A stretch of 64,000 nt of DNA. It comes from Zootoca vivipara. Taxonomy: Eukaryota. Numbering within the stretch: position 1 is the first letter of the stretch; every line of letters begins with the position of its first letter. The DNA is taken from NCBI RefSeq assembly GCF_963506605.1, contig NC_083285.1, positions 27,342,001-27,406,000 of the forward strand, given 5' to 3'. Of this stretch, positions 26,012 through 38,779 are shown one piece after another. The notes under the pieces were generated by a model that saw nothing but the letters and a program-made list of their open reading frames with translations, ran no database searches and was not told the origin of the DNA. The translations under genes were made by a program, and so were the position numbers.

Positions 26012-27064
26012 CCACTGTTTTAAATCTCCTGATTCTTCAAATTCATTTTGTGTCTTCTTCATTGCAACAGAATTCCCATTTATCTGCACCCATAGATTTT
26101 TGCATGCAGTGGTAGAGCTACCATTTTAACCTTCTGCTTCCATCACAATAGGACTTTTATGGAACTTGTTTAGGAAATTGTGTCATTACACATGTGCAGA
26201 GTGCAATCCTTTGATTCAAACAAAAATCAAGCATTGCTTTCAAACATTTCAAACATGGCCCCTATCTCCAGCTTGCTGTTTTCCTTCTAGGTTACATCAT
26301 TACCCCCCCAAAAAAACTCTGGCTTTATCTGTTGAGAGAGGGGTCCCCACCCATTAGCCGTCTTCCACCAAGCCCCTTAATGGCTCATCACCCAGGCTAT
26401 CAACTCACCAAGAGATGCCTGGCTACTCCAAGAATTAGAAACCTTGTTTAAATTCTAACACTTTCTGGATCCATGGATTAGAAAGGTCTGGTACCCAGCT
26501 TAACACACCAAACTGATAACAATACAGAGTTTGTTACAACACACACAAAAGCCACCTACTATTTCTCCTCCCAATTCCCCAATTTAAAAAAGGCACAAAA
26601 CAATTAAGTTAAAAACAGATCTTTATTATAGAATGAATCACTGCTGCTCTCTCTCAAGGTCACAAAACAAATACTAAACAAACAAAAAGCTCATCAATGT
26701 GGGAAACTCCGTTGCTTGTCTGGCCTTCAGGAAACCAGCTCTGAGCATGTTCAGAACCAGTGTACTGTATGTTTCTGAGTGCAGCTTGCCCACACTTCCA
26801 CTTGTCCCGTGCCTAGAAAACATGGGTCCAAGTGGTTTTCTGTTTGACCCACCAATTTCCCCAGGAAAACACACTCTTTAGTGCTGACTCGGAGCAAACA
26901 TAAATCCACAGAAAACCCCTGACATTTGTTCTGATTTAGTGCTAAAAAGCAGGTTTTCCCAGGGCAAGCAGAAGTCTGGATGAGCCTGGTGCTACTACAT
27001 CTGGGGCTGTTTTTTTGCAGCAGTCCTGACTCCTCCCATCTCTGCTACAGTAGATGTGCTGGAT

Positions 27065-27416
27065 GAAAGGTAAAGGGACCCCTGACCATTAGGTCCAGTC
27101 ATGACCGACTCTGGGGTTGCGGCACTCGTGTTGCATTATTGGCTGAGGGAGCTGGCACACAGCTTCCAGGTCATGTGGCCAGCATGACAAAGCCGCTTCT
27201 GGCGAACCAAAGCAGCACACGGAAACACCGTTTACCTTCCCGCTGTAGCGGTACCTATTTATCTACTTGCACTTTGACGTGCTTTCGAACTGCTAGGTTG
27301 GCAGGAGCTGGGACCGAGCAATGGGAGCTCACCCCATCGCGGAGATTCGAACCGCCGACCTTCTGATCGGTAAGCCCTAGGCTCTGTGGTTTAACCTACA
27401 GCGCCACCCGTGTCCC
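27065..27416 (-). mobile_element. Sauria SINE (full length)
   Basis: The minus strand starts GGGACACGGGTGGCGCTGTAGGTTAAACC (A box), has a GGTTCGAATC B box and ends GGGGTCCCTTTACCTTT. 13-bp TSD AGATGTGCTGGAT (27052-64, 27417-29). Confidence 0.92.
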
Positions 27417-30400
27417 AGATGTGCTGGATAGGCCTCCTAATAATAGATGGAGTGAGAGTCTTCTTAGTAGGGCTGAATTTCAAGCAGGCCAATCAGTCAT
27501 ATCTTTTTTTTCTTCTTTCATTTTAGAGATTCATGGGAGGGGGACCTTTTTTGCCACAGCTATAGTTTTTGATTAGGATTGGCTGAATGGTGCAGAGAAC
27601 ATTGGCAGGAATGCCTCTGTAAATTAAGGAAGTGGGACAAGAAAGAAAGAGTGTGTGATTTTGAGGAGGAAATTAAAAACTGCTTGACATTTTCAGTAGG
27701 AGGACTGTGCCCCAGCAGCCCTAGTCTCCCCTATCTGTATATTTAGGATGTTGCCTTGGCCACTCAGAAACAATAAACTACGTGTGAACCATTAACCTAA
27801 CTAAATGCAACTAATATCCTCCAGCATACATTAAAATGTGACAAAATTTCTGCATGCATGCAGAAACAGGAAGGCTATTATCTGTGCAACACAAACTTTG
27901 TAGTGGGAGTCCTTGGCCATTGCATCCCAAACTCTACCAGGGGGAGTAAAGCCTCAGGAACTTTACTAAAGGTGATGTGGGTGGGATGTTCTAATAATGT
28001 CCCATCCCTAGAGAATCATTATGGAGGCTCTGCTGGGTATTACACCTTTGCAAACAACGCAAGAAGAGTTATGCTGGCTAAAAAGAAAGGCCAGTCTAGT
28101 CAAGCAGCCTGGTCCCACAGTAGCCACCCAGAGGCCTACGAGAAAACTGTAAGCAGGGACCTGTAAGGATTTGAGGGAGGCAAGCTTGAATTACCTACAA
28201 CAGCTCAACATGTCGCCAAGATGTTGTAATTCAACATCCGAATGGCCACAGAACCACCATATGGTGCAGATCAGGCTCAAGCATAGTAACTCAGAACCAC
28301 CATACGAGCTTCTTAATTTAACTAGAATGTGTGTATTCCACATCCTTGCCTAATACCTTATCACCACAACAGATATCACCGTAACATAGGAAAGGCAGCC
28401 TTTAAAGATGAGCTACAGAGCCAGGACTCAGCGGCTGACGGTGGGGAGTAAGTTGCCAATGAGCGAAACATACTCTTTTATGTATTCCAGGCAATCACTT
28501 TGATCTAGAACTAACCAAGACGCCACCAGTGTTTGATGAATGGGGGCAGGCAAACCAAAACCACAATAGTGTTTGATGAATGGAACAACAACAACAAGCA
28601 TCAACCCTGCTGCCGGAACATCCAAATGCAGCAAAAAAGGGTAGAGCAGACATGACCAAGCATCATTTTCAAATGCATTTTAAGTTTACCAGGGTGATCT
28701 TGGTGAGGACAAGATCGTCATTGGGAAATAGAGTGGAATAACCCTTTTAATAAAGTGAAACGACCCAATTATAATCTCTCTTTTGTCATGACAAGTGTGC
28801 GCCCGACGTGTCATTACAATGAAACAAAACTGCACATGATTCTACAGTTACTTTGAACACAATAGTAAATGTCGGGTGCAAATGTGCACAGTTGACATGG
28901 TTTGTTTGCCTAAAATCAGCATGCAATTTGGCAAACATGTAGGCTTTTGGGGATCTGTGGAAAGAGAACAGAAAGCTTTCTAGGCAAGACAAAAATTATG
29001 TTGTCTGTTTCACACAAAAATTATCTTGTCTGTTTTTTAACATTTTGGAAGGATATATATTTTGGGTTTGTTCAGGCTTCTTTACTTCATGCTCTACAGG
29101 AAATGGTAAGCAGCAGGCAGGACAAAGGCATACTGTGAAGATAAGCAATCTGATGCAGGAAAGGGACAGAAAACAGCATTTTGTACACTGCAGAATGCCT
29201 CCCTGTGCTGTTGTACTAAGGCAGTCTTCACCTGCTTTTAAAGTGGTTATTGAAAGCTTTTTTCTTTCTGATGGGTAGCCTAAAGGCTAGCATATACATG
29301 GTTTCTTAAGCAGCAGGCTGTGAAACACAGGCTGTGTCTGTGATTATTAACTTGGAGGGGACCAGTAAATGCAAAGGGAAGCCAACTAACAAGGAAAAAT
29401 ATGCCCTTCACCTTTTTTTCATTCATTCATTCATTCATTGCTCTAGGGTAAGCAAGGCGAAAAGTCATTTGAATACACACACACAACTTAAAAGAATATA
29501 CTGCTCTATACTATACATGTCAAAGCACATTTGCTTCCCTCCAAAAAAATATTGGGAACTTTAGTTTGCTAAGGATGTGGGTAATTGCAGCTCTGTGAGA
29601 GGGTTTTTTAAATTAAAAAATCTGATCTATTTATTTCACAAGCCAGTTCTCTATGAAATCTTCCCATTCCCACATGCAGAGAGCTGTGTGTACTCACTGA
29701 TGCAGGCTAGAACTGGATCACATCCTTAGTCATTATTGTAAAATGACTTTTTAAACCCTGCTGAAATATATCTTAATTTGCACTGAGCTGATTTTAAAAT
29801 AAGTATCTTTTGGAATAATAAAGTATATATAAAAAGAAGACAAGCAGGGAAAAGTTCAGTTTTCAAGAGCCGATATATAAGACATCCATTATGATGAGTA
29901 AGTACTACTTAAGAAAATCTTTTATGCCATGACTAGCCTTAGAATGAAACTAGTGATTAAAAAGAGATTGCTCATGAGAATGAAATCCTACCACTCAAGT
30001 AATGCATGGATTGATTCTTCTCTGTGCTCTGTTGGAAAGACTCTGCAAATCTAATAAGAATTTATATAAATTGAGAGAGCATGGTCCAAGTATCTCACCT
30101 TTCTTCATTTAGATGTCATTAGAGTTATAGTTATATCTTTTTAAGGATGAAGGACTTGAGCAAACCTGTCAGTGTTCAAAATTAGTTTTCCATCTAGTCA
30201 GCCTATGAAATCCAAGGACATTCAGGTATAGAATTTTCAGACCTGCAATTTCTGTATCAAACATGTATTTTTTTCCCCTTGATACATGCAGATACCACTC
30301 TAAATGAAGGCCAGCAACATTACTGAAATATGACTGTAAAGAACCACCAATGGCAGCCCCTTGTTGCAAGCTGCAGCAGAAGCAGGTGAAAAACGTCCCA

Positions 30401-30838
30401 TTTTCTAGGAGAATCTTGATAAATATGCCTTTGTAGCTCAAGAAATATAGTAGGCAAAGGAATGAGGAAAGATGTAAGTTATCAGGAGGCAAAATAATCA
30501 AGGGATCTTAACAGGAGTGGAAAGCACAGCCAATTGGTCCTCATCTAAATACAAGCATAGGTTGGGAATAAGAGACAGTGCTGATCAAAGACAGAAGGGC
30601 GAGATACTAGCAAGGGCAGAAGCAGCTGACCAATCCTCATGCCCAAGTTTACTTAGAAAGGGTTAAATCCAGATGAAGTTGGCTATTTCAAGGCCATACT
30701 GAAAGTGTGTCCTACATGAATATTGGAAAGAAGTTGATGTAGTGGAAAACAAACACTGAAATTCTTATTACAGAAGAGGCAAGGCAGTCTGTTTGCTCAC
30801 TCTTTTGGGAAAACTGATTGTTTCCGGATATCACTGTT

Positions 30839-31390
30839 CAGATCAAGGGAAGTCATAGTACCATTCTATTCCGCCTTAGTCAGACCACACCTGGAATAGT
30901 GTGTCCAGTTCTGGGCACCACAATTTAAAAAGGATGTTGACAAACTGGAACGTGTGCAGAGGAAGGTAACTAGGATGATCAGGGGTCTAGAAGCCAAGCC
31001 TTATGAAGAATGGTTGAAGGAGCTGGGTATATTTAGCCTGGAAAAAGGGAGACTGAGGGGAGATATTATAGCCATCTTCAAATATCTGAAGGGCTATCGC
31101 ATAGAGGATGGAGAAAGCTTGTTTTCTCCTGCTCTGGAAGGTTGGACTCGAACCAATGGCTTCAAGTTGCAGGAAAGGAGATTCCAACTAGACATACAGA
31201 AAAACTTTCTGACAGTAAGAGCCGTTCAACAGTGGAACGGTCTCCCTCAGGAGGTTGTGGACTCTACTTGCTTGGAGGTTCCTAAGCAGAGGTTGAATGG
31301 CCATCTGCCATGGATGCTTTAGCTGAGATTCCTGCATTGTAGTGGGTTGGACTAGAGGACTGTTGGGTCTCTTCCAATTCTATTATTCTA
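30839..31390 (+). mobile_element. CR1 LINE 3' fragment
   Basis: Encodes the CR1 ORF2 C-terminus (ALVRPHLE*CVQFWAP...[16 protein letters not shown]...LEKGRLRGD) and ends in an ATTCTA-type tail. Confidence 0.92.
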
Positions 31391-31848
31391 GAACAGCAAA
31401 TCTCTGTCACATGGAACCACTCATGTAAAAGCTTGTGAAAGAGAGCAACTTGTTCTATTATATCAGATGATTCCTTTCATTTGCTAAGTGTGAGTTGTGA
31501 AAAAGCAGTGAGTATACTGAGTGCATATATTTTGGCCTTCATCAACACACTATTTCATCCCAAGAACAAGCTCTCTCGGCTGATGTTTAAAAGAGCATTT
31601 AAACACCTTCAAAAACTCTCCTCCCTTCAACTTAGTTCTCTAATGCATGCTGATCAGCTCAGTTCACACATGTCTTCCCCCCCCACCTCTCCAAGCACGT
31701 TTTTAATCCTATTTTGTCCTAACTTGTTTCCTTCTCACCATCAGGAATATACTTCGCTATTACATTAACTATTTACCATTGAAAGCACCATCATCTTAAA
31801 GGTCAATCACATTGGAAATTAGCAAATGAAACATTGTGAATGCTTAAG

Positions 31849-31895
<47 letters not shown>

Positions 31896-31901
<6 letters not shown>

Positions 31902-32241
31902 AAGGGACCCCTGACCATTAGGTCCAGTCGTGACCGACCCTGGGGTTGCGCGCTCATCTCACATTATTGGCCGAGGGAGCCGACGTATATCTTCCAGGTC
32001 ATGTGGCCAGCATGACAAAGCCGCTTCTGGCAAACCAGAGCAGCACATGGAAATGCCGTTTACCTTCCCGCTGTAGCGGTTCCTATTTATCTACTTGCAT
32101 TTTGACGTGCTTTCGAACTGCTAGGTTGGCAGGAGCTGGGACCGAGAAACGGGAGCTCACCCCGTCACAGGGATTCGAAACGCCGACCTTCTGATCAGCA
32201 AGCCCTAGGCTCAGTGGTTTAACCACAGCGCCACCTGGGTC

Positions 32242-32243
<2 letters not shown>
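31896..32243 (-). mobile_element. Sauria SINE (full length) flanked by (TA)n on both sides
   Basis: Highly similar to 27065-27416. (TA)n at 31853-31896 and 32244-32286, followed by (CA)n to 32325. Confidence 0.92.
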
Positions 32244-32327
<84 letters not shown>

Positions 32328-33039
32328 TCCTTCCTCTCGTAGGGGCTCAAGGAAGTTTACTGCATAATAAAGTTGAATTGAACAGGACTCAGACAAATCT
32401 CATAAAGGGTACATGCAAATGGCTCCCCACTTGTATTTCAACAAGTTTATAATAAGGGCACACCACAAGCCTAGATCTCCCAAGCAGCTGGGGAAGGCAT
32501 AGATATGGTTCAGGGCTGTACCAGTTCAGAACACAGGCATAGACTCATGTGAGTCTGGCCTTCCAGTAAATACAGTATTTCCCGTCAACTCTTCTCCCTG
32601 ACATGCAGTTTCCTGTGTGCAGGAGAAAGGTTTGTATGGAGGAGCATTCAATCACAAAAGCTCCAGTCTCGAGTAGTATGGTCCAGAGGCACGTTTTCAT
32701 CCCTGTGTTCTCTGACCGTAGATATTAATTTGCTTTCTTCACATTCATAAAGACAATAGGCTGATTGTCCTCCGCCTTTTTCAAGACCTTGGGAACTGAA
32801 GAGGCTGGCTGCTACAGGAAGACAATTTTACGCATGACCTGAATGGAAGTGAAGAGACAGCTGCTTGAACTGTCATCTGGTGTGTGGCCGCAATATGGCT
32901 TAGATGCCACTGTGCTACTTTAATTACACCTGTGGTCTTTGTCTGCTGTTTTTGAGAAATAATTCTCTGACTTGTGTGTACATAGTACCCATGTAGACTA
33001 GCATCAAATGTAAGCTAGATAAACTAGGGTTTATGTCTT

Positions 33040-33079
<40 letters not shown>

Positions 33080-33941
33080 GCAGGGATGGGTGGGTTGATA
33101 AAAGGTCTCCCTCCTCTAAGCTCTGCTGAAAGTTGTGGTAAGGGGGAGCCCAGTAGCAGTATCCCGGCCAGCAGAGCCTGGCGGAAAGCCCTGAAACTTG
33201 AACTGGTTTTGTGATCTGTTGGGTCCTGAGCCATCAGCATCCCCAATCTGGACCCAAATTCTGTGCCAGCCTGGACCTAGTTCAATAATAAAGTTTGATG
33301 GTCCAGCCCCACACCTTCCACAACAGCTACCTTGAGCAGCCATGATGTCCATGCAGTAGGGACTCCACCACTCTATTGTATGGAGTGGGGGCTAGAATTT
33401 CAGCCTAAGTCATAATCTTAGATCTTTCCCTTTGCCCCAATGTATCCACACGTACAATCCTGGACCCTCGGGGCTGCATGTGGCCCTGGGAAGCCTTCAA
33501 TGCAGTCACACAGGTGCCCAAGCTGCGCCCCTCCACCAATTCCTTTTGCTGCCTTCCTGAGAAATTCACACTCCTTTAAGCCCACAACCACCGGCCCCGT
33601 GTAAATTGTGCTCCTTTCAGCCACCCCCAACAACTGTTTGGGGGCCTGAAAGTTAGAGTGATGCACAGTCATTCCTACCGTGCACATTCTGCCTGTGGAT
33701 GTGAATGGCTTCTACTTCACCCATCAGCCTAGGCCCTGCCATGTCTACTGGCATTTAGCCCAATAACTGCTGACGTACCTTCATCCCACGTGGCCCTCAG
33801 CGGCAAAAACACCATGTGACCCTCTCCTGTAGGATGTTTTGGCTCCTACAGCTCCATGAATACTTTCCCCACATCACTATCACACAACTAGCATTTATGG
33901 GCATATTACTGATTATATATATTGGATTGCATATGGGAAAC

Positions 33942-34220
33942 TGAAATATACTTGGAGCCAAGAGTGAATTTCATGCTCTTTATTCAGCTTGTAGTAGCAA
34001 TAGAGGAAGAAGAGAAGAATGGCTTTCCCCAAAAACATCTGCTTATATACATTATTTACACAATGGGCCTTGCGTGATTGGCTACTTCAGGGCTGCTCCT
34101 GTAGGCCAATCAGGTTGCGGATTGACTTCAACCTGGAGCTGGATTGGGTGGCTCCTGCAGACCAATCAGACTGCTGCATTCTGGATCCTATTGTTCTAGG
34201 ATTCAGCTCAGTACATAACA
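33942..34220 (-). mobile_element. 279-bp solo LTR (Copia-like or other 5-bp-TSD LTR element)
   Basis: TG...CA termini and a 5-bp TSD GAAAC (33937-41, 34221-25). On the minus strand CCAAT boxes come first, then TATATAAG (34042-49), then AATAAA (33979-84). Confidence 0.85.
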
Positions 34221-34501
34221 GAAACTGAGATGCAACTCTTCAAAATCACATTTTACAGGCCCCTAACCTCAGATCCTACTGAGGAATGCCATAAGCAAAC
34301 ATGATGACCTGATAAAGACATGCATAACCAAATATGTGCAGATACATCCTAGTAATGTCAATCTTTGCATGGTCCAGGCAGCACCAGACACCCCATCTTT
34401 TCATCTGTGAGGAAGTTCATGCTGAAACAGGTCGTATGAAAGCAGCATTAGAGACAATTTGCAATAGTAGTGGAGGGCATGAGAAGCACCGTGTTTCATT
34501 A

Positions 34502-35020
34502 TGTCAGGGAACCACCAGGGGTCAGCAAAGAGCCTGGTGGGTCGGAGCGAGGGCTCTTGGACGCTGCCAAAGCCCCAGCACCTAGCGCATGGCAGCTTCC
34601 TCCGGAAGGTGGGACTAAGGCTCAGGAGGAGTTGCAAACCCTTTGGGATGTTGTGGAGATGGGAGCTCCAGAGGAAGAGTTGCAGAGGGCGGACCCAACC
34701 ACTCAAGAGGAGGAGGCTCCAAGAGCCACAGCGCCAGCCCCTCAATTGACCAGCTCTAGTGGAGAGGGTGCTCAACCAGCACCCTCACCCCAATAGAGGA
34801 CAGGGGCAAAGAGGAGGGAACAACGGAGGAGGTTCAAGGTGCCCCGGAGGTTATGCTGGCGTAAATCACGAAGGGAGGCGCTTCCGGATTCTGAATCGGA
34901 TCAGTGCAGTCATGCCTTTTGATGCTCTGTCTTGTACATGTGTATATAATAAAACCCTGTAAAAACCAAGCACGGGGTTTGGAGCCGCTTACTCGTGAGG
35001 AAGCTACAAATGCTATTACA
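34502..35020 (+). mobile_element. 519-bp solo LTR (Gypsy-like)
   Basis: TGTCA...TTACA termini, 5-bp TSD CATTA (34497-501, 35021-25), AATAAA at 34948-53. Confidence 0.85.
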
Positions 35021-36023
35021 CATTATGGAGAGGATGTGTGTTTAAAAATAAATCTGGCAGGACTAGGTCAAGTCATTTTTCTGCCCAAGGAAGAACTGGA
35101 AATGGTGCCCCGTCCCACAAGTCAAGATACATAATACCCAAGGCCAGCTAAGTTATTTTGACATCTGAGGCAGAAAGTCCTACAAGCACTTCTTCCCTTA
35201 CCTCACAGGAAAACTACAATAATTATAAATGAATAACTAACTACTTGCTGCCCTTTCACAACACCCAAAATCTGCTACCTGAGATGGCGGCCTCACTCTC
35301 CCTGGTGGAAAAGCCAACCTGGAGATTTGGTGCAGTGTCTTGTACTTTTAAACTCAAGTAACTCACAACAAAAAGGCATGTATTGATCTTTGCAGATTCA
35401 CCATTAATTATGCACTCCCCATCAATAAAAGGAAAGAAAATACTACTAGCTAACCCCATAAGATTGTTGTCAGAAAACAATGAGGCATTGTCCACACTGA
35501 AGTGCTGTACAAATGAAGAGCCACAGCATCAAGGGCTATCCTGTTCACATTTAATGCAGTTCCAACATTCATTGATCAATCCAGATATTCAACAAACAAG
35601 AAAAGAGCAGGGTAGGTAAAGTGAAGTTATACCAGGAGATATCCTAGGTTAACAGAGCTTCAGCAGTAGTAGCCAATGTTTAGTTTATTTATATGCCACT
35701 CTTCCATGGTGGACAGCCTAGATATCAAATGAATATCAAAATACACCATCATATTTTTTTTAAAAAAAGTAACAAAACATTTCAAACCAATAGGATTAAG
35801 GTGAAGAAGATGAAATTATACAATCACACCTAATATATAGTAACATAAATGTAAGATCGGAATTAATAGTAAGAAACCCAATAGCTCATAGGCAATGTTG
35901 TGCTCTCCAGGTGTTACTCCCATTATCTCTGATCGTTGGCCATGTGGGATGGGATTGACGGGAGCTGGAGTCCATCAACATTTGGAGAGAACCGTGTTAT
36001 TTACTCTGGATTTAATCTAACCT

Positions 36024-36536
36024 ACAAACCTAGACAGCATCTTAAAAAGCAGAGACATCACCTTGCCGACAAAGGTCTGTATAGTTAAAGCTATGGTTTT
36101 CCCAGGAGTGATGTATGGAAGTGAGAGCTGGACCATAAAGAAGGCTGATCGCCAAAGAATTGATGCTTTTGAATTATGGTGCTGGAGGAGACTTGAGAGT
36201 CCCATGGACTGCAAGAAGATCACACCTATCCATTCTTAAGGAAATCAGCTCCGAGTGCTCACTGAAAGGACAGATTGTGAAGCTGAGGCTCCAATACTTT
36301 GGCCACCTCATGAGAAGAGAAGACTCCCTGGAGTCTGATGTCGGGAAAGATGGAGGGCACAAGGAGAAGGGGATGACAGAGGAAGAGATGGTTGGACAGT
36401 GTTCTCAAAGCCACCAACATAAGTCTGACCAAACTGTGGGAGGCAGTGGAAGACAGGAGTGCCTGGCATGCTCTGGTCCATGGGGTCACAAAGATTCGGA
36501 CACGACTAAATGACTAAACAACAAACAAAAACAACA
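36024..36536 (+). mobile_element. Bov-B (RTE) LINE 3' fragment
   Basis: Encodes TNLDSILKSRDITLPTKVCIVKAMVFP...LRVPWTARRS...LQYFGHLMRREDSLE with frameshifts, and has a CAA-rich tail. Confidence 0.92.
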
Positions 36537-38242
36537 CTACTAGTGTGCGTCTTGTTAAAACTCCAGGGAACTCACCATCCCTTGCTTAAATACAGCTTTG
36601 TGGGGCAAAGCCTTCCCACTACCCTAAATGGTTCACAACTGGCTGTTTCATGTCTATCCTACAGAAAGCAGGACGCAGTAAAAGGAAAGTACTGGGGAGT
36701 GGCAGTGCTGAGATTTTTCTCCAGTTTTCTGGATAATTCCTTCTCTGAACATTCTGAAGAATGTTGCAGTATCCCAGGAGCTCTGTCCTTGTGGACTACT
36801 GAAACCATGCCTAAATAGTGAAGAAATAATCCAAGTTTGGGTCCTGTTCAGAAAGTATAATAATGATATACCAGAAATATACCTCTAAGCTTTCATTTGC
36901 CAAACTCAGCTACTTTAATGTCATCATCCCTCAGAAAGAAGCTTCTCTACTGAAAATGTTCAAAGGATGACACATTTCTAGTTCTTAAAACCCTTGATAC
37001 ATCATATATAGTGGCATGTATAGAAGCCTATTCAGCCTTTTAACTATTAATAGATACTGTTTTGTAAGCTCTATAAAACACTTGGGCTCCCGACATCACA
37101 CTATCATCAACGCAACTTCTACATAACAGTTCAGAAGACTGGCATGCTCAGGAATGCATTTCAGAAAACCAGGATAGCTGTTGCTGGCATGGTGCCATGT
37201 TCCTCCCACATTCCGCTTTGTTTTCTCAATTATAGTGTTCAGTATCTAGGGCACTGCTTTTAAATTTAAGCTAATGCACTGTGATCATATACGAGTTCAT
37301 GCAGGTGAGTAACTTGCCAGGGCCAGTTCCAGATCTGAGTGGGTTGAGTGGGCGAACTGCTCTCAGTTGAGCCCCCTTCTCCATCCCGTGGCTGCAGATG
37401 CTGCAGAAATATGGCAAGGACCAGAAGAGACAAATAACACTGAGGGAAAAGAAGAAGTCTAGGGTCTGGGAGATCAAGAAACAATAAGGCCTGAGTGGAA
37501 GGTTGGGTGGGGAGAGAGAGCAAGACAAAGGGTTGGGAAGAGGTTATGGGATGTAGGGTGAGCTTTTTGCTCTGCACTGCAGAAAAGGAAGGGTTTTTTT
37601 CTATCTTGTCATGGTTCTTTGACACCTGCCTGAAACCACAGCAACACCCCCTGCCTGCCTACTGCTTCCCGCCCGGCCTCTGAAGTGCTATGCTTCTCTA
37701 AGAACAGACTGCAGCGGGAATGTGATCGGTTGAAAGAATCCTGCCTGGAATGAATTCTGATTGGTGCAAGTACACCAATCAGCATAAAACTGGTGTTATT
37801 TTGAAGTGCTTGCAGTAGATTAGTTGTGAGAGTTGGCCCTGAAGAAATCATTCTTTGAAAATTGCAGGAAATAATTGTGTCCCGATTGGCCAGTTTCAAG
37901 GAACAAAAGTCATTTAGAGCATTAGTGTCTCTTGGTGACCTGCCTGAACACTTCTATAGGAAATTGCTTGGAAAAAGGTGACACACACTCTCTCTTTCTC
38001 CTGTGGACTGCAGCAGTGGGGTCAAGCCACAGTATGCTGATACCAGGCAAAGGGGGGAATTGGGCTCAAGCTCAGGGCTTTTAAGGTGGGGTTAGCTGCT
38101 CTTGATGAGGCACCACCCCTTTTTGCCCTTATGCCTTTATTACTGCAAACTGGTGAATTTCCCCTGCAGTGGCGGGCAGCCAGCGCTCCAAACAGGTGGG
38201 TCTAGCTGCTATTTAAATGTACTTCATTATTGTAGAGCAAGG

Positions 38243-38779
38243 TTTGTTGTTGTTGTTGTTTAGTCGTTTAGTCGTGTCCGACTCTTCGTGACCCCATGGA
38301 CCAAAAGCACGCCAGGCACTCCTGTCTTCCACCGCCTCCCGCAGTTTGGTCAAACTCATGTTCATAGCTTCGAGAACACTGTCCAACCATCTCATCCTCT
38401 GTCGTCCCCCTCTCCTAGTGCCCTCAATCTTTCCCAATATCAGGGTCTTTTCCAGGGAGTCTTCTCTTCTCATGAGGTGGCCAAAGTATTGGAGCCTCAA
38501 CTTCAGGATCTGTCCTTCCAGTGAGCACTCAGGGCTGATTTCCTTCAGAATGGATAGGTTTGATCTTCTTGCAGTCCATGGGACTCTCAAGAGTCTCCTC
38601 CAGCACCATAATTCAAAAGCATCAATTCTTCAGCGATCAGGCTTCTTGATGGTCCAGCTCTCACTTCCATACACCACTACTGGGAAAACCATAGCTTTAA
38701 CTATATGGACCTTTGTCGGCAAGGTTATGTCTCTGCTTTTTAAGATGCTGTCTAGGTTTGTCATTGCTTTTCTCCCAGG
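38243..38779 (-). mobile_element. Bov-B (RTE) LINE 3' fragment
   Basis: ORF 38213-38590: RVPWTARRSNLSILKEISPECSLEGQILKLRLQYFGHLMRREDSLEKTLILGKIEGTRRGGRQRMRWLD. (CAA)n tail. Confidence 0.93.

Noticed and set aside
26330-26720. Possible minus-strand solo LTR
   Set aside because: It has a TG start and a tttatt motif, but I could not define a matching end or TSD.
30954-31322. 122-aa ORF as a gene
   Set aside because: It is the CR1 ORF2 C-terminus of a 5'-truncated copy with an upstream in-frame stop.
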